A DNA stretch of 64,000 bases from Octopus vulgaris (Eukaryota): positions 26,722,001 through 26,786,000 of the forward strand of contig OX597838.1 in NCBI GenBank assembly GCA_951406725.2, given 5' to 3'. The notes beneath the pieces were generated by a model that was not told the origin of the DNA, ran no database searches, and saw only the letters and a list, made by a program, of their open reading frames with translations. The translations under genes were made by a program, and so were the position numbers. Position 1 is the first letter of the stretch. Each line of letters starts with the position of its first letter. This document shows positions 63,713-64,000 of this stretch, piece by piece.

Positions 63713-63958
63713 TATACATAGATACAAATACAAACACATATACGTATACATATACACACATACATACACATGCACACACATATGTAATGTCATGAGAATA
63801 TATGATGTGTGTGTGTGTGTTTGTAGAGCAGTTGATTAGCCACTCTCTGAAGAGATGAGAATGAGGTGATTTCAGTGCAGCCAATAATGTATGAACAGGG
63901 GAGGAGTTGTAGGTGGGGGGGGGGGAACATACTAGGCTAATAAATATCACTCTTATAT

Positions 63959-64000
<42 letters not shown>

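Overview
Eukaryotic, AT-rich, microsatellite-dense genomic DNA. The tRNA-derived SINE families, RTE/CR1/Tx1/R4 LINE remnants and TTAA MITEs strongly suggest an octopod cephalopod (Octopus-like), although this is inferred. No intact host protein-coding gene is visible, and almost all ORFs in the track are translations of simple repeats or SINEs. The window is most likely intronic or intergenic. Recognisable coding remnants are all from transposons: a Gypsy-type gag (1-312), a frameshifted CR1-type reverse transcriptase nested in a TTAA MITE nested in a mariner (17.3-20.1 kb), RTE C-termini, an R4/Dong endonuclease piece and a Tx1-like 3' end. The most interesting signals are non-coding. (i) A complete-core type I hammerhead ribozyme with an extended stem II (56277-56368, minus), plus several degenerate Penelope-type hammerheads. 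(ii) A dispersed repeat whose head resembles a decayed HDV-like ribozyme. (iii) A textbook AG|GTAAGT recursive-splice candidate and an 18-nt microexon candidate, both on the minus strand, hinting at a giant intron of an unseen gene. (iv) A near-perfect 142-bp-arm palindrome and inverted young SINE pairs that could be ADAR substrates. Coordinates were counted by eye and may be off by a few bases.
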